The notes beneath the pieces are model-generated. The model was given only the letters and a program-made list of their open reading frames with translations. It searched no databases and was not told the DNA's origin. Below are positions 38,664 through 51,884 of a stretch of 64,000 nt of DNA, in pieces (within the stretch, counting starts at the first letter, position 1; each line of letters starts with the position of its first letter). The translations under genes were made by a program, and so were the position numbers. The stretch comes from Mobula hypostoma (taxonomy: Eukaryota). The stretch covers positions 125,116,001 through 125,180,000 of the forward strand of contig NC_086100.1 of assembly GCF_963921235.1 (NCBI RefSeq), given 5' to 3'.

Positions 38664-38959
38664 TAAGTTCTTGATTTTATTTCTTAATAAAAGCATCAAG
38701 CAGAAGCCAAACATTTTCTCAAGCAGGAAGGCAAATAGAAAAGGAAGGGCATTAACACCATTTCTCTGGGAATTCCTCTGCAATACTGAGCTTCCGCTGA
38801 GAACTTGGAAGTTACATTTTGTTGTGTGAAAAATAAAAATAATTATTCCACTGATTTATGATGACAGCTTAGACTCAGCCTGTGCAATTAATTCTGTGGT
38901 TTGAGCCTTGCAGGGGATTTCACTGATTTTGAGTCACTGACATCAGTTTCATTACTAAT

Positions 38960-39095
38960 TGAACACAAAAAAAGATTGCAGATGGTGGAAACCTATAACA
39001 GAACAATAAATGCCAGGAATACTCAGCAGGTCAGGTTGTTTCTGCAGGGAAAGAACAAGGGTTAGTGTTTCAGGTCAATGACCCGTAATCAAAAC
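38960..39095 (-). mobile_element. Old PLE pLTR remnant
   Basis: gcagatggtggaaa..actcagcaggtcagg..gtttcagg. Confidence 0.6.
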
Positions 39096-39189
39096 TTAAA
39101 AAGTTTGGAAATGGAAAAGCGAGCAAACAAGCCTCAGACGTACCCACGCAAGACTGAGGGATACATCATGCCTCACAAGACTGATGGAA

Positions 39190-41189
39190 TTATTTAAGCA
39201 TGTGACAAAGCACACTGTTGAATGCAGAGCAGTGGGTGTGGTGTACATGGATTTTAGTAAGGTATTTGATAAGATTCTTCATGGTAGTCTCATTCAGAAA
39301 GTCAAGAGGAATTTGATCCAGGGAAACTTGGCTGTGTGGGTTCAGAATTGGCTTGCCCAGACAAGGCAGGGGGTGGTTGAAAATGGAGCATTTTCTTCCT
39401 GTTGATTGGTGACCAGCAGCATTCCACAGCGATCTGTTCTGGGACCTTGGCTCTTTGTGATTTTTATAAATGAGTTGGACGAGGAAGTGGAAGAATAGGT
39501 TAGTAAGTATGTTGATGACACAAAGTTTACTGGAGTTATGGATAGTGTAGAAAAACATAAGAACATAAGAAATAGGAGCAGGAGTAGGCCATCTGGCCCA
39601 TCAAGCCTGCTCTGCCATTCAATAAATCATGGCTGATCTGACCATGGACTCATCTCCACCTACCTGCCTTTTCCCCATAACCCCTACTATGCAAACATCT
39701 ATCCAACCTTGTCTTAAATATATTTACTAAGGTAGCCTCCACTGCTTCATTGGGCAGAGAATTCCACAGATTCACCACTCTTCAGGAAAAGCAGTTCCTC
39801 CTCATCTCCTTCCTAAATTTACTCCTTCAAATCTTGAGGCAATGTCCCCTAGTACTGGTCTCACCTACCAGTGGAAACAACTTTTCTGCTTCTATCTTAT
39901 CCATCCCTTTCATAATTTTATATGTTTCTATAAAATCTCCTCTCAGTCTTCTGAATTCCAGTGAGTACAGTTGCAGGCGACTCAATCTCTCCTCATAGTC
40001 TAATCCCTTCTTCTCTGGAATTAACCCAGTGAACATCCTCTGCACCACCTCCAAAGCCAGCATAACCTCCCTCAAGTAAGCAGACCAGAACTGCATACAG
40101 TACTCCAGATGAGGCCTCACCAGTACCCTGTACAGTTACAGCACAGCCTCCCTGCTGTTAAATTCAATCCCTTTAGAATTTTGGTAAATTATCACCAAAA
40201 CCTCTACTACAACCTCTGACATTTCTTTCAGTACCCTGCAATGCATTCCATCAGGACCAGGGGACTTGTCTATATTTAGAGCCACAAGTTTACTCAGAAC
40301 TACCTCTTTAGTGATAGTTATTGTATGGAGGTCCTCGCCTCCCTTCGCATCCATATCATCTCTCTTCAACAGGACATTGAAAGGATGCAGAACTGGTCTA
40401 CGAAGTGGCAAATCGAGCTCAATCTGGAAAAGTATGAAGTGATTCACTTTAGAAGGTCAAATTTTAAGGCTGAATACAGGGTTAATATCAGGATTCTTAG
40501 CAGTGTGGAGGAACAGAAGGATCTTGGGGTCCATGTCCATGGCTCCCTCAAAGCTTTCTCACAAGCTGACAGTGTTGTTAAGAACGGGTATGTTATGCTG
40601 GCCTTCATTAGTCAGGGGATTGAGTTCCAGAGCCTCAAGAGAATGTTGCATCTCTACATAACCTGGTTAGACCAAACTTGGAATACTGTATTCAGTTCTG
40701 CTCGCCTCATTATAGAGAGGAGATGGAAGCTTTAGCGAGGGTGCAGAGGAGGTTTGCCAGGATGCTGCCTGAATGAGAGAGTAGGTCTTGTGAAGAGAGA
40801 TTGAGTGAGCTGGGGCTTTTCTCTCTGGAGCAAAAGAGAATGAGAGGTGACTTGATAGAGGTGTACAGGATGCTAAGAGGCATAGATCGAGCTAATAGCC
40901 ACTAACTTATTCCCAGAGCAGAAGTGCCAAATATAAGGGACATCATTTTAAGGTGGCTGGAGGAATGTATAAGGGAATATCAGAGAGTGGTGGGTGTATT
41001 AAACATGCTCCCAGGGGCAGTGGCAGAGGCAGATGCATGAGGAACATTTAAGAAACTCTAAGCTAGACACATACATGATATAAAAATGGAGGGCCATATA
41101 GGAGGGAAGAGTTAGATTAATCGTAGAGCAGGTTATAAGGCCGGCATAACAGCGTGGGCTGAAGGGCCTGTACTGTACTGTTTTATGTT
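39190..41189 (+). mobile_element. CR1 RT/3' copy, interrupted by a minus-strand CR1 (39553-40330)
   Basis: VVYMDFSKVFDK and WQIELNLEKYEVIHF on +; RPHLEYC and (cataagaa)n tail on -. Confidence 0.85.
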
Positions 41190-43403
41190 AGACAATAGAC
41201 AATAGGTGCAGGAGTAGGCCATTCAGCCCTTCGAGCCAGCACCACCATTCACTGTGATCATCCACAATCAGTACCCTTTTCCTGCCTTCTCCCCATAACC
41301 CTTCACTCCGCTATCTTTAAGAGCTCTATCTAACTCTTTCTTGAAAGAATCCAGAGACTTGGCCTCCACTGCCTCCTGAGGCAGAGCATTCCACACAACC
41401 ACAACCCTCTGTGTGAAAAAGTTATTCCTCAACTCCGTTCTAAATTATCTACCCCTTATTCTTAAACTGTGGCCTCTGATTCTGGACTCCCCCAACATCG
41501 GGAACATGTTTCCTGCCTCTAGCTTGTCCAATCCCATAATAATCTTATATGTTTCAATCAGATCCCCTCTCATCCTTCTAAATTCCAGTGTAAACAACCC
41601 CAGTTGCTCCAATCTTTCAACATATGACAGTCCCGCCATCCAGGGAATTAAACTCGTGAACCTACACTGCACTCCCTCAATAGCTACAATGTCCTTCCTC
41701 AAATTTGGAGACCAAAACTGTACACAATATTCCGGGTGTGGTCTCACCATGGCCCTGTACAACTGCAGAAGGACCTCTTTGCTCCTATACTCAATTCTCC
41801 TTGTTATGAAGGCCAGCATGCCATTAGCTTTCTTCACTGCCTGCTGTACCTGCATGCTTACTTTCAGTGACTGATGAACAAGGACACCTAGATTTCGTTG
41901 TACTTCCCCTTTTCCTAACTTGACACCATTCAGATAGTAATCTGCCTTCCTGTTCTTGCTACCAAAGTGGAAAACCTCACATTTATCCACATTAAACTGC
42001 ATCTGCCATGCATCTGCCCACTCACCCAATCTGTCCAAGTCACCCTGCATTCTCGTAACATCCTCCTCACATTTCACACTGCCACCCAGCTTTGCGTCAT
42101 CTGCAAATTTGCTAATGTTACTTTTTATCCCTTCATCTAAATCATTAATGTATATTGTAAATAGCTGCGGTCCCAGCACCGAGCCTTGCGGTACCCCACT
42201 AGTCACTGCCTGCTATTCTGAAAAGGACCCATTCATCCCTACTCTTTGTTTCCTGTCTGCCAGCCAATTTTCTATCCATGTCAGTACCCTACCCCCAATA
42301 TCATTTGCTCTAATTTTGCACACTAACCTCCTATGTAGGACCTTACCAAAGGCTTTCTGAAAGTCCAGGTATACTACATCCACTGGCTTTCCCATGTCCA
42401 TTTTCATAGTCACATTCTCAAAAAATTCCAGAAGGTTAGTCAAGCATGACTTCCCCTTCATAAATCCATGCTGACTCGGACCTATCCTGCCACTGCTATC
42501 CAAATATGCCGCTATTACATCTTTTATAATTGATTCCAGCATCTTCCCCACCACTGATGTCAGACTAACTGGTCTATAATTGCCTGTTTTCTCTCTCCCT
42601 CCTTTCTTAAAAAGTGGGATAACATTAGCTACCCTCCAATCCACAGGAACTGATCCTGAATCTATAGATCATTGGAAAATGATTACCAATGCATCCACGA
42701 TTTCTAGAGCCACCTCCTTAAGTACCCTGGGATGCAGACCATCAGGCCCTGGGGATTTATCAACCTTCAGTCCCATCAGTTTACCCAAAACCATTTTGTG
42801 CCTGATGCGAATTTCCTTCAGTTGCTCTGTTACCCTAGGTCCTCTGGCCACTATTACATCTGGGAGATTGTTTGTGTCTTCCCTAGTGAAGACAGATCCA
42901 AAGTACCTGTTCAACTCGTCTGCCATTTACTTGTTCCCCATGATAATTTCACCCGTTTCTGTCTTCAAGGGCCCAACTTTGGTCTTAACTAATTTTTTCC
43001 TCCTCACATACCTAAAGAAGCTTTTACTATCCTCCTTTATATTTTTGGCTAGCTTACCTTCGTACCTCATCTTTTCCTCCTGTATTGCCTTTTTAGTTAT
43101 TTTCTGTTGATCCTTAAAAGTCTCCCTATCCTCTGGCCTCCCACTCATCTTTTCTATGTTATACTTCCTCTCTTTTATTTTTATACTGTCCTTGACTTCC
43201 CTTGTCATCCACGGTCGCCCCTTACTACCCTTAGGACTTTTCTTCCTCTTTGGAATGAACTGATCCTGCACCTTCTGTATTTTTCCCAGAAATACCTGCC
43301 ATTGTTGTTCCACTGTCATCCCTGCTAGGGTATCTTTCCAGTCAACTTCTGCCAGCTCCTCCCTCATGTGTCCATAGTCCCCTTTGTTCAACTGTAATAC
43401 TGA
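41190..43403 (-). mobile_element. Young 5'-truncated CR1 ORF2
   Basis: Four track ORFs (43391 to 41445) lie in one frame separated only by stops; NYRPVSLTS, SGVPQGSVLGP, KFADD; (caataga)n tail. Confidence 0.95.
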
Positions 43404-43609
43404 AATAATGTAATAATGTTCTATGTTCTAAGCCCACAGACCTTCTTAAACTACTTCATGACGTTCACTAAGAATTCCCACCCTGCTCTCATTTTCACAA
43501 AATCCACATCTGACTTGTTTTTTTTTTGGTTTCTTTATCACCACCTCAATGGATAGGTTAATAACCAATACCCATTCCTGCAAAAACTCAATGTATTGAG
43601 TAACAAACA

Positions 43610-44325
43610 AGATTCATCCTACACTAACTCCTTCCACATCCTTGTCGAGGTCTTCAATCAAGCTAGCTTAAAGAAATCCCTGCCTAACTACCACCAGCAC
43701 AAGACCTGCAGCATCAGAGGACCCAACACACTTGATCACTGCTACACTACCATCCCTCAACCTCATTTTGGGAAATATCTGACTGCCCTCCTCCTACCTG
43801 TATATCGGCAGAGGTTAAAGAGCAAGGTATCAAAAATAAGGACAACAAAGAGGGGGGCATGAGAGGCTGAGGAGCAACTTTGGGATTGCTTCAAATTGGT
43901 GGACTGGGCCATGTTCAAAGACTCATCAGAGGACCTGAATGTATACGCCAGTTGTTACGGACTTTATATATACACTCGTGGACGAGTGCATACTCACAAA
44001 ATCACTTGGAGTGTTCCCAAACCAGAACCTTTAGCTGAGCCAAGAGATCCTCAATCTGCTGAGGGCTAGATCACTCCCATTCAGGACTGGTGATCTAGGA
44101 AAGTACAAGAGGTCCAGATATGACCCCCGGAAAGCACTGCCACATGTGATGTGGCAGTTCTGGACTAAACTAGAATCACAGTAGGATGCTTGACAGCTGT
44201 GGTAAAGCTTGAATGCCATCACCTTCTACAAAGCAAAACCAAGTATTATAATTGACAATATACCTGGACAACCTACCTGGACAATGAAATTGCACACATC
44301 AATATGCTGCTCAATATTCAACAGT
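43610..44325 (+). mobile_element. Rex1 fragment
   Basis: FNQASLKKSLPNYHQH..RGPNTLDHCY. Confidence 0.75.
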
Positions 44326-44781
44326 ACAGTCCCCACTAGGGAACAGGCAATTCTGGATTGGGTGTTGAGTAATGAACCAGATTTGATTAGGGAGCTTAAA
44401 GTAAAGGAACTCTTAGGAGACAGCGATCCTAACATGATAGAATTCACTCTGCAGTTTGAGAGGGAGAAGCTAAAATCAGATGTATCATTATTACAGTGAA
44501 GTACGAAGAACTACAGAGCCATGTCTTTAGAGGAGCTAGACAAAGTTGATTGGAAGGGAACACTAACAGGAATGATGGCAGAACAGCATTGGCTGAAGTT
44601 CTGGGAGAGCAATGCGAAGGCACAGAATAGATATATCCCAAAGAAGAATAAGTATTCTAAAGACCACAAGATATAGGAGCAGCAAACATGAGGAATTCTG
44701 CAGATGCTGGAAATTCAAGTAACACACATCAAAGTTGCTGGTGAACGCAGCAGCCCAGGCAGCAACTCTAGGAAGAGGTAC

Positions 44782-44817
44782 AGTTGACGTTTCAGGCCGA
44801 GACCCTTCGTCCGGACT
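44782..44817 (-). ncRNA. PLE hammerhead, 3' pLTR copy (core U4 to G, stem I mismatch)
   Basis: AGUC CGGACGA AGGGUCUCGGCCU GAAACGUC AACU. Confidence 0.65.
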
Positions 44818-45106
44818 AACTGAAGAAAGAGCTAGTAAGAGATTTAAAGGTGGGAGGGGGAGATCCAAAATGATAGGAGAAGACAGGAGGGGGAGGGATG
44901 GAACCAAAAGCTGGACAGGCGATTGGCAAAAGGAGTATGAGAGGATCATGGGACAGGAGGCCCAGGGAGAAGGAAAGGGGGTGGGGGAAGCCCAGAGGAT
45001 GGGCAAGGGGTATAGTCAGAGGGACAGAGGGAGAAAAAGGAGAGTGAAAGAGAAAAAGAATGTGTGTATATAAATAACGGATGGGGTACAAGGGGGAGGT
45101 GGGGCA

Positions 45107-48100
45107 TTAGCGGAAGTTAGAGAAGTCAATGTTCATGCCATCAGGTTGGAGGCTACCCAGACGGAATATAAGGTGTTATTTCTCCAACCTGAGTGTGGCT
45201 TCATCTTTACAGTAGAGGAGGCCGTGGATAGACATGTCAGAATGGGAATGGGATGTGGAATTAAAATGTGTGGCCACTGGGAGATCCTGCTTTCTCTGGC
45301 GGACAGAGCGTAGGTGTTCAGCAAAACAATCTCCCAGTCTGCGTCGGGTCTCGCCAATATATAGAAGGCCACATTGGGAGCACCGGACGCAGTATATCAC
45401 CCCAGCCGCCTCACCTGGAAGGACTGTCTGGGGCCCTGAATGGTGGTAAGGGAGGAAGTGTAAGGGCATGTGTAGCACTTGTTCCGCTTACAAGGATAAG
45501 TGCCAGGAGGGAGATCAGTGGGGAGGGATGAGGGGGATGACTGGACAAAGGAGTCGCGTAGGGAGCGATCCCTGCGGAAAGCAGAGAGTGGTGGGGGGGG
45601 GGAGGAAAGATGTGCTTAGTGGTGGGATCCCGTTGGAGGTGGTGGAAGTTACAGAGAATAATATGTTGGACCCGGAGGCTGGTGGGGTGGTAGGTGAGGA
45701 CCAGGGGAACCCTATTCCTAGTGGGGTGGCGGGAGGATGGAGTGAGAGCAGATGTGCGTGAAATGGGGGAGATGCGTTTGAGAGCAGAGTTGATGGTGGA
45801 GGAAGGGAAACCCCTTTCTTTAAAAAAGGAGGACATCTCCCTTGTCCTGGAATGAAAAGCCTCATCCTGAGAGCAGATGCGACGGAGGCGGAGGAATTGC
45901 AAGAAGGGGATGGCGTTTTTGCAAGAGACAGGGTGAGAAGAGGAATAGTCCAGATAGCTGTGAGAGTCAGTAGGCTTATAGTAGACATCAGTAGATAAGC
46001 TGTCTCCAGGGATAGAGACAGAAAGATCTAGAAAGGGGAGGGAGATGTCGGAAATGGACCAGATAAACTTGAGGGCAGGGTGAAAGTTGGAGGCAAAGTT
46101 AATAAAGTCAACAAGCTCAGCATGCGTGCAGGAAGCAGCGCCAATGCAGTCGTCGATGTAGTGAAGGAAAGGTGGGGGACAGATACCAGAATAGGCACGG
46201 AACATAGATTGTTCCACAAAGCCAACAAAAAGGCAGGTATAGCTCGGACCCATGCAGGTGCCCATAGCTACATCTTTAGTTTGGAGGAAGTGGGAGGAGC
46301 CAAAGGAGAAATTATTAAGAGTAAGGACTAATTCCGCTAGACGGAGCAGAGTGGTGGTAGAGGGGAACTGATTAGGTCTGGAATCCAAAAAGAAGCGGAG
46401 AGCTTTGAGACCTTCCTGATAGGATTTGGAAGTATATAGGGACTAGACATCCATGGTGAAAATAAAGTGGTGGGGGTCAGGGAACTTAAAATCATTGAAA
46501 AGTTTAAGAGTGTGAGAAGTGTCACGAACACAGGTAGGAAGGGATTGAACAAGGGGGGATAAAACTGTGCCGAGGTATGCAGAAACAAGTTCAGTGGGGC
46601 AGGAGCAAGCTGAGACAATAGGTCTGCCAGGACAGGCAGGTTTGTGGATCTTGGGTAGGAGGTAGAAACGGGAAGTGCGAGGTGTGGGAACTATAAGGTT
46701 GGTAGCAGTGGATGGGAGATCCCCTGAGCGGATAAAGTCGGTGATGGTGTGGGAGACAATGGCCCGGTGCTCCTTGGTGGGGTCACGATCGAGGGGTAAA
46801 TAAGAGGAGGTATCCGCGAGTTGTCGCTGTGCCTCGGCAAGGTAGAGGTTAGTGTGCCAGACTACAACAGCAACCCCCTTATCGGCGGGTTTAATAGTAA
46901 GGTTAGGAATAGTGTGGAGGGAGTGGAGAGCAGAGCGTTCCGAAGGAGTAAGGTTGGAATGGGAACAAGGTGCAGTGAAGTCAAGACGGCTGATGTCCCG
47001 TCGGCAGTTAGCAATAAAGAGATCCAGAGCAGGCAGAAGACCAGAGCGGGGTGTCCATGAAGAGGAGGAGGGTTGAAGATGGAAGAAGGGGTCATCAGTG
47101 GGGGTGGGAGAGTCCTTGCCGAAGAAGTAGGCTCGGAGACGGAGACGGTGGAAGAACAGTTCCGCGTCATGGCAAATGCAGAACTCGCTGAGGTGTGGGC
47201 GAAGGGGGACAAAGGTGAGACCCTTACTGAGGACAGAGCGCTCTGCCTCAGACAGTTGAAGGTCGGAGGGGATGGTAAAGACCCGGCACAGATGAGAGCT
47301 GGGATCAGAGGGGGGAGCGGGGAGGCTGGAGGTGTCAGTGGAGAGGGGATGGTTGGGGTGAGAGGGAGGTGGAGCCTCTGAGGGCCCAGGAGCTGACAGT
47401 GGGATCTGAGGGAGACGGGGTTGCAGAGTATTGGTGGGGGAAGGGGAGACGGGAGTCACAATAGCAGCACATAAAGACCCGGCCTGGAGTTCAAGGCTGG
47501 AGTTGCAGTTGGTGGTTGCGCAATCGCTTTGAAGGTGTCCATGGTCGTTGCTGGAGTCTGGGTTTTGAATATGCCCTGAGGTGTTGGAGCCAGCGAGATC
47601 AATGGCAGAGGCAATCTGAAGTTCATGCCTGCTAGCGTCTGGGCCAGCAGGCTCTGGGGTCTGCAGATATAGGATTTTGCGATCTTTGCCTAACATGACA
47701 AAGTCAAAAAAAGGGTGATTGCAGGCATGGATCCGACGGAGGATGAAATAACGGGTAGGACCATTACAAACGGCGAAGAAAGTGTCCGGAAGGTGTGGAA
47801 GGGTCTGGGATAGGGACACCAAATACCTCCTCATGGCGGAGAGAGTCGCCTTCAGAGCTTGATGGGAGAAGCGACGAGAGGCAGAGTCAATAAAATGTAA
47901 ATACCTGGGATCCTCAGAAGGTCCAAATTGAGAGGCTCGGAAATGAATCCTAAAACCAACTGGAGTTGGCGATGGAGGCACGTTCCAAGAAAGGATATAT
48001 GGCTGAGATAGCGAGTCTGAGTCAAAATGTGGTCGAAAAGTTGAAGAGCCGAAGAAATTACAGATGGGGAGCAGTGGGAGATGGTTTCACTGAACTCCCG

Positions 48101-48136
48101 TCGAAGAGAAGATTTAAACTTCTTCAGTGTAGGCAT
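45107..48136 (-). pseudogene. PLE polyprotein: N-terminal domain, RT, GIY-YIG endonuclease
   Basis: IKPADKG, FYLLPKIHK..PGRPIVS, TMDV, AMGT, YIDD, VIYCVRCSQCGLLYIGET..EHLRSV; ends NIDFSNFR*; a few stops and frameshifts. Confidence 0.93.
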
Positions 48137-48272
48137 CACCGGAAGAGGCTTCGCAGTAGTGAATTTAAAAACTCAAACACGAGGAATTCTGCAGATGCTG
48201 GAAATTCAAGCAACACACATCAAAGTTGCTGGTGAACGCAGCAGGCCAGGCAGCATCTCTAGGAAGAGGTAC

Positions 48273-48308
48273 AGTCGACATTTCAGGCGGAGACCCTTCG
48301 TCAGGACT
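48273..48308 (-). ncRNA. PLE hammerhead, 5' pLTR copy (core intact, helix III AUGU)
   Basis: AGUC CUGACGA AGGGUCUCCGCCU GAAAUGUC GACU. Confidence 0.75.
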
Positions 48309-50244
48309 AACAGAAGAAAGAGCTAGTAAGAGATTTAAAAGTGGGAGGGGGAGGGGGAGATCCAAAATGATAGGAGAAGACAGGAAGGGGAGGGATGGAG
48401 CCAAGAGCTGGACAGGTGATTGGCAAAAGGAGTATGAGAGGATCATGGGACAGGAGGCCCAGGGAGAAGGAAAAGGGGGAGGGTGGGGAAAAGCCCAGAA
48501 GATGGGCAAGGGGTATAGTCAGAGGGACAGAGGGAGAAGAAGGAGAGAGAGAGAGAAAGAATGTGTGTATATAAATAACGGATGAGGTACGAGGGGGAGG
48601 TGGGGCATTAGCGGAAGTTAGAGAAGTCAATGTTAATATAGATATAGGAGCAGAATTAGGTCATTTAGCCTATTGAGTCTGCTCTGCCATTTCATCATGG
48701 CTGATCCAATTTTCCTCTCATCCTCAATCTCCTGCCTTCTCCCTGTATCCCTTCATGCTCTGACCAATCAAGAATCTATCAACCTCTGCCTTAAATATAC
48801 AAAAAGCCTGTAGCAAAGAATTCCAGAGATTCACCACCATCTGGCTAAAGAAATTCCTCCTCATCTCTGTTCCAAAAGGATGCACCTCTATTCTGAGGCT
48901 GTGTCCTCTCTTAGATTCTCCCACCACAGGAAACAATATAAAAGAGGATATCAAAAGTCTTTTTTTCAGATATACGAAGTGTAAATGCGAGGTGAGAGTG
49001 AATATCAGACCAGTGGAAAATTACACTGAAGTGGTAGAAATGGGGAAACAAAGAAATGGCAGACAATGTTAATAAATATTTTGTGTCTCTCTTCACTGTG
49101 GAAGACACCAGCAGTATGCCAGAAATTTGAGTGTGTCAAGGTGCGGTAGCACAGTTGCTATCACTAAGGAGAAGGTGCTTGGAAAGCTGAAAGGCTGAAG
49201 GTAGATAAGTCACCTGGACCAGATGGACAACACCCCAGGGTTCTGAAGGAGGTGGCTGTAGAGAATGTGGAAGCATTAGTACTGACATTACAAGAATCTG
49301 GAATGGTTCTGGAAGACTGAAAAATTGCAAATAACACTCCACTGTTTCAGAAAAAAGGGCAGCAAAAGACGGGAAATTATAGGCCCCATTATTAAGGATG
49401 AGATTTCAGGGTACTTGTAGGCACATGACAAAATAGGCATATCTCAATGGGAAGGCAGCTCACGATGGAGATCTGGAGTGCCAATGCATTCCAGCTATCC
49501 TCATCCAAGTGACCTTTATCTAATTACTTGCTCTGGCAAACAATACATCCTTAACCTTCCTTGAAGCATTTACATGCAATCAACTATGAGAACCTTAGGA
49601 TATCTCCAACCATGCTCTGGAATTTACCAGAGACAATAAAGGTGATGTGCTCTTGAACCCCTTTGGCTTACACTGGAATGAAGGTAACGGTAGGGAAGGA
49701 CAAATCCAGGTCACAGAGATAATTAGACCTTTGCAGGTAGCTGTCTTCAAAGTCAGCAGCAAGCACCACTGCTGCCACTGATTTCAAAATGAAACCAACA
49801 AAGAGTTAAAATAAAACAGCAAAAGACTCATGACCTTCATACTCTCACTTCCTGTGTTATTGTAATAACAACTATTTTTTCCACAGGCATAGAATATACA
49901 CTATTTCAGGAATGTTGTTCTCTCACTTAAAAAAAAGTGCTGCTTTAATTCTTAAGAAAAATATCACAGATAAAGTCTGCTGGGTTAAAAGTAAATTGTA
50001 TGGATAATGCAAAATTTAAACTGTTAGTCCCAAATCTCCAATGAGATTATGGTTGTCCATCATGGCCTTTCAGACATTTAAGGAATGCACTATTCATTCT
50101 AATCAAGTCACCTACCTATTGTACAATTGCATTCACGCCTTTAATGTTGTCATGGTCCAAGACACAAATCAATGTTTATAATACAACAGCTTACAGCAAA
50201 ATAAGTCTGCGTGGTAAGCTACCTCAAAAAGAGACATAAATTAT

Positions 50245-50585
50245 GGCACCTTTCGCAACTCAGGATGGTATATTCGAGGCAATTAAAGATTTCTTAGTTC
50301 CCATTGAAATATCAGAAGCACAACCAGCAACTCATAGCCAGCTCCCACAAAAATATGATAAGACACACAGATAATTAGTTTCAGACACGTTGACTGAGAA
50401 ATTAGTACTAGTTGGAACTTCCATGTTCTTCTTTTAAAATCTGCCATAGAAATCCTTAATTTCAGTTTACAAGCTAAGCAGAGTATAGTTTAGTGTCTCA
50501 ATTCATGAAATAGTACCTCTAACTGTGTAACACTCATTCACTAATGGAATTGAAGATTCTTTCTAGATTATTTCACTTAACTTAC
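50245..50585 (-). mobile_element. Ancient DeuSINE (SacSINE1/AmnSINE1-like)
   Basis: gcacctttcgcaactcagga, gctcccacaaa, cagataat, tcttctt..tgccat, gtttagtgtctca, acctctaactgtg in the Deu-domain order. Confidence 0.6.
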
Positions 50586-50589
50586 AAGA

Positions 50590-51600
50590 AGTACAAGAAC
50601 AACAAGGGACAAGAGAGAATTAGTTATTCCATTTATCCACCAAAGCCAATTCTGCCATTCAGTAAAATTATGACTAATCCTTGATTTAATCAGATCTTTG
50701 TCCTATTTCCTTTGCTTAGGCAAGCATTTCATAACTTCACTTCTGAAAACCTTGGCATTTTGTCTATGACCCACTAGTTTCACACACTCTGTTCAGAAGA
50801 AATAGTTTGTTCTTTTCCTCTAAAATGTCCATCAATACCCCTTTAATACCTTGAAATCTTCAGCTACACCAGTCCTTAGACTTCTGAATTTGAGGAAATA
50901 CAACCCAGTTCCAAAATATCATGGAGTAATTTATTTAATGGAGTTCATGTATCATTCAGGTAACTGCATAGCACTCCTTTCCCTTTAATATTAACATATC
51001 TGAGGAATCGAGAACAGCTCACAATGCTCCAAATGTGGGCTAAGCAGGATTTACACACCAACAACATAACTTCCAGCTGCTAGTGTTCCAATCCTCTGAC
51101 TATAGCCAGCATTCCATTAGTTCCTGTATCTGTCCATAACCAATGAGGATTAATGATCAATGTACAGCAATCCAATGTCTCCTCTGCTTCAAAGTTCTAA
51201 TCTTTTTAAAAGAATTATAATCTATCTCCATTAGGTCAAAAATAGATAAAATCTATATTGAAATCCTCTAATAGTCATTTAATTTATTAATACCTTTTTA
51301 AACTCTGATATTTCCATTTACATTGCACATGCAGGAAATTCTGAATTGTGGCTCCTTTGACCATCTTCTGAGAATTTTCTGAATGTGATGCACAGTTGAT
51401 AAAATCTGAAACTTCACCTTAAATCAGAAAATAAGTAGAATTGCACTGCATTTGAGAAAGACCACAGCTAACCTTGCACCTCAAGGTCACATTTTCATCC
51501 AATCCCCACATCTTCTGATTCCCTTTGGTGTGCAAAATTCAATTACTTTCAACCTTGATCATACTCAGTGACTGAGCATTCACAGCCCTTCAAGCAGAGT
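50590..51600 (-). mobile_element. Very old CR1 3' fragments
   Basis: Degenerate CR1 3' reverse-complement motifs. Confidence 0.5.
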
Positions 51601-51884
51601 ATCTCATCTGAGACAGAGCCAGGAGTACAGCATTGAGCTACAACTGACACAGTCTGAACAGAACCAAGCCAATGACAGCATTACAGCCAAGACAATTTTC
51701 AAACCATAAGTGTTTGCAATTAATTGTATTTTGCCAAGTATCTGAATTTAACACATTCATGGTTTCTTGGATTGATATTCCTGGTAACAGCAATCTGTTA
51801 GAATTTTACTTCATTAGTAATAAATAATTAAATTCTTGTTATTATTATAACAATAGTGTAATAACATGTTACTTATTCCCAACA

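Larger units (their letters stand above)
44683..48639 (-). mobile_element. Near full-length Penelope-like retroelement (Penelope/Poseidon type) with direct pLTRs
   Basis: Direct repeats 44683-45133 and 48174-48634; 14-bp TSD agatataggagcag (44669-44682, 48640-48653); RT plus C-terminal GIY-YIG. Confidence 0.95.
44326..49440 (+). mobile_element. CR1 pieces (44326-44660, 48934-49440) around a minus-strand CR1 tail (44662-44682 plus 48654-48933) that hosts the PLE
   Basis: PTREQAILDWVLSNEPDLIREL; CR1 tail sequence continuous across the PLE TSD. Confidence 0.75.

Noticed and set aside
46443-47981. 512-aa ORF as a novel host protein
   Set aside because: It is the N-terminal half of the PLE polyprotein (KPADKG, LPKIHK, RPIVS), ended by a premature stop
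44563-48630. Recurring peptides such as SPDEGSRPETST and MLVNAAGQAAS in several ORFs
   Set aside because: They are translations of the non-coding pLTR/hammerhead sequence and its antisense
49672-49777. Possible minus-strand exon (AAVVLAADFEDSYLQRSNYLCDLDLSFPTVTFIP)
   Set aside because: Two frames are open, the splice sites are modest and the start phase does not fit the upstream candidate exon; too ambiguous to list
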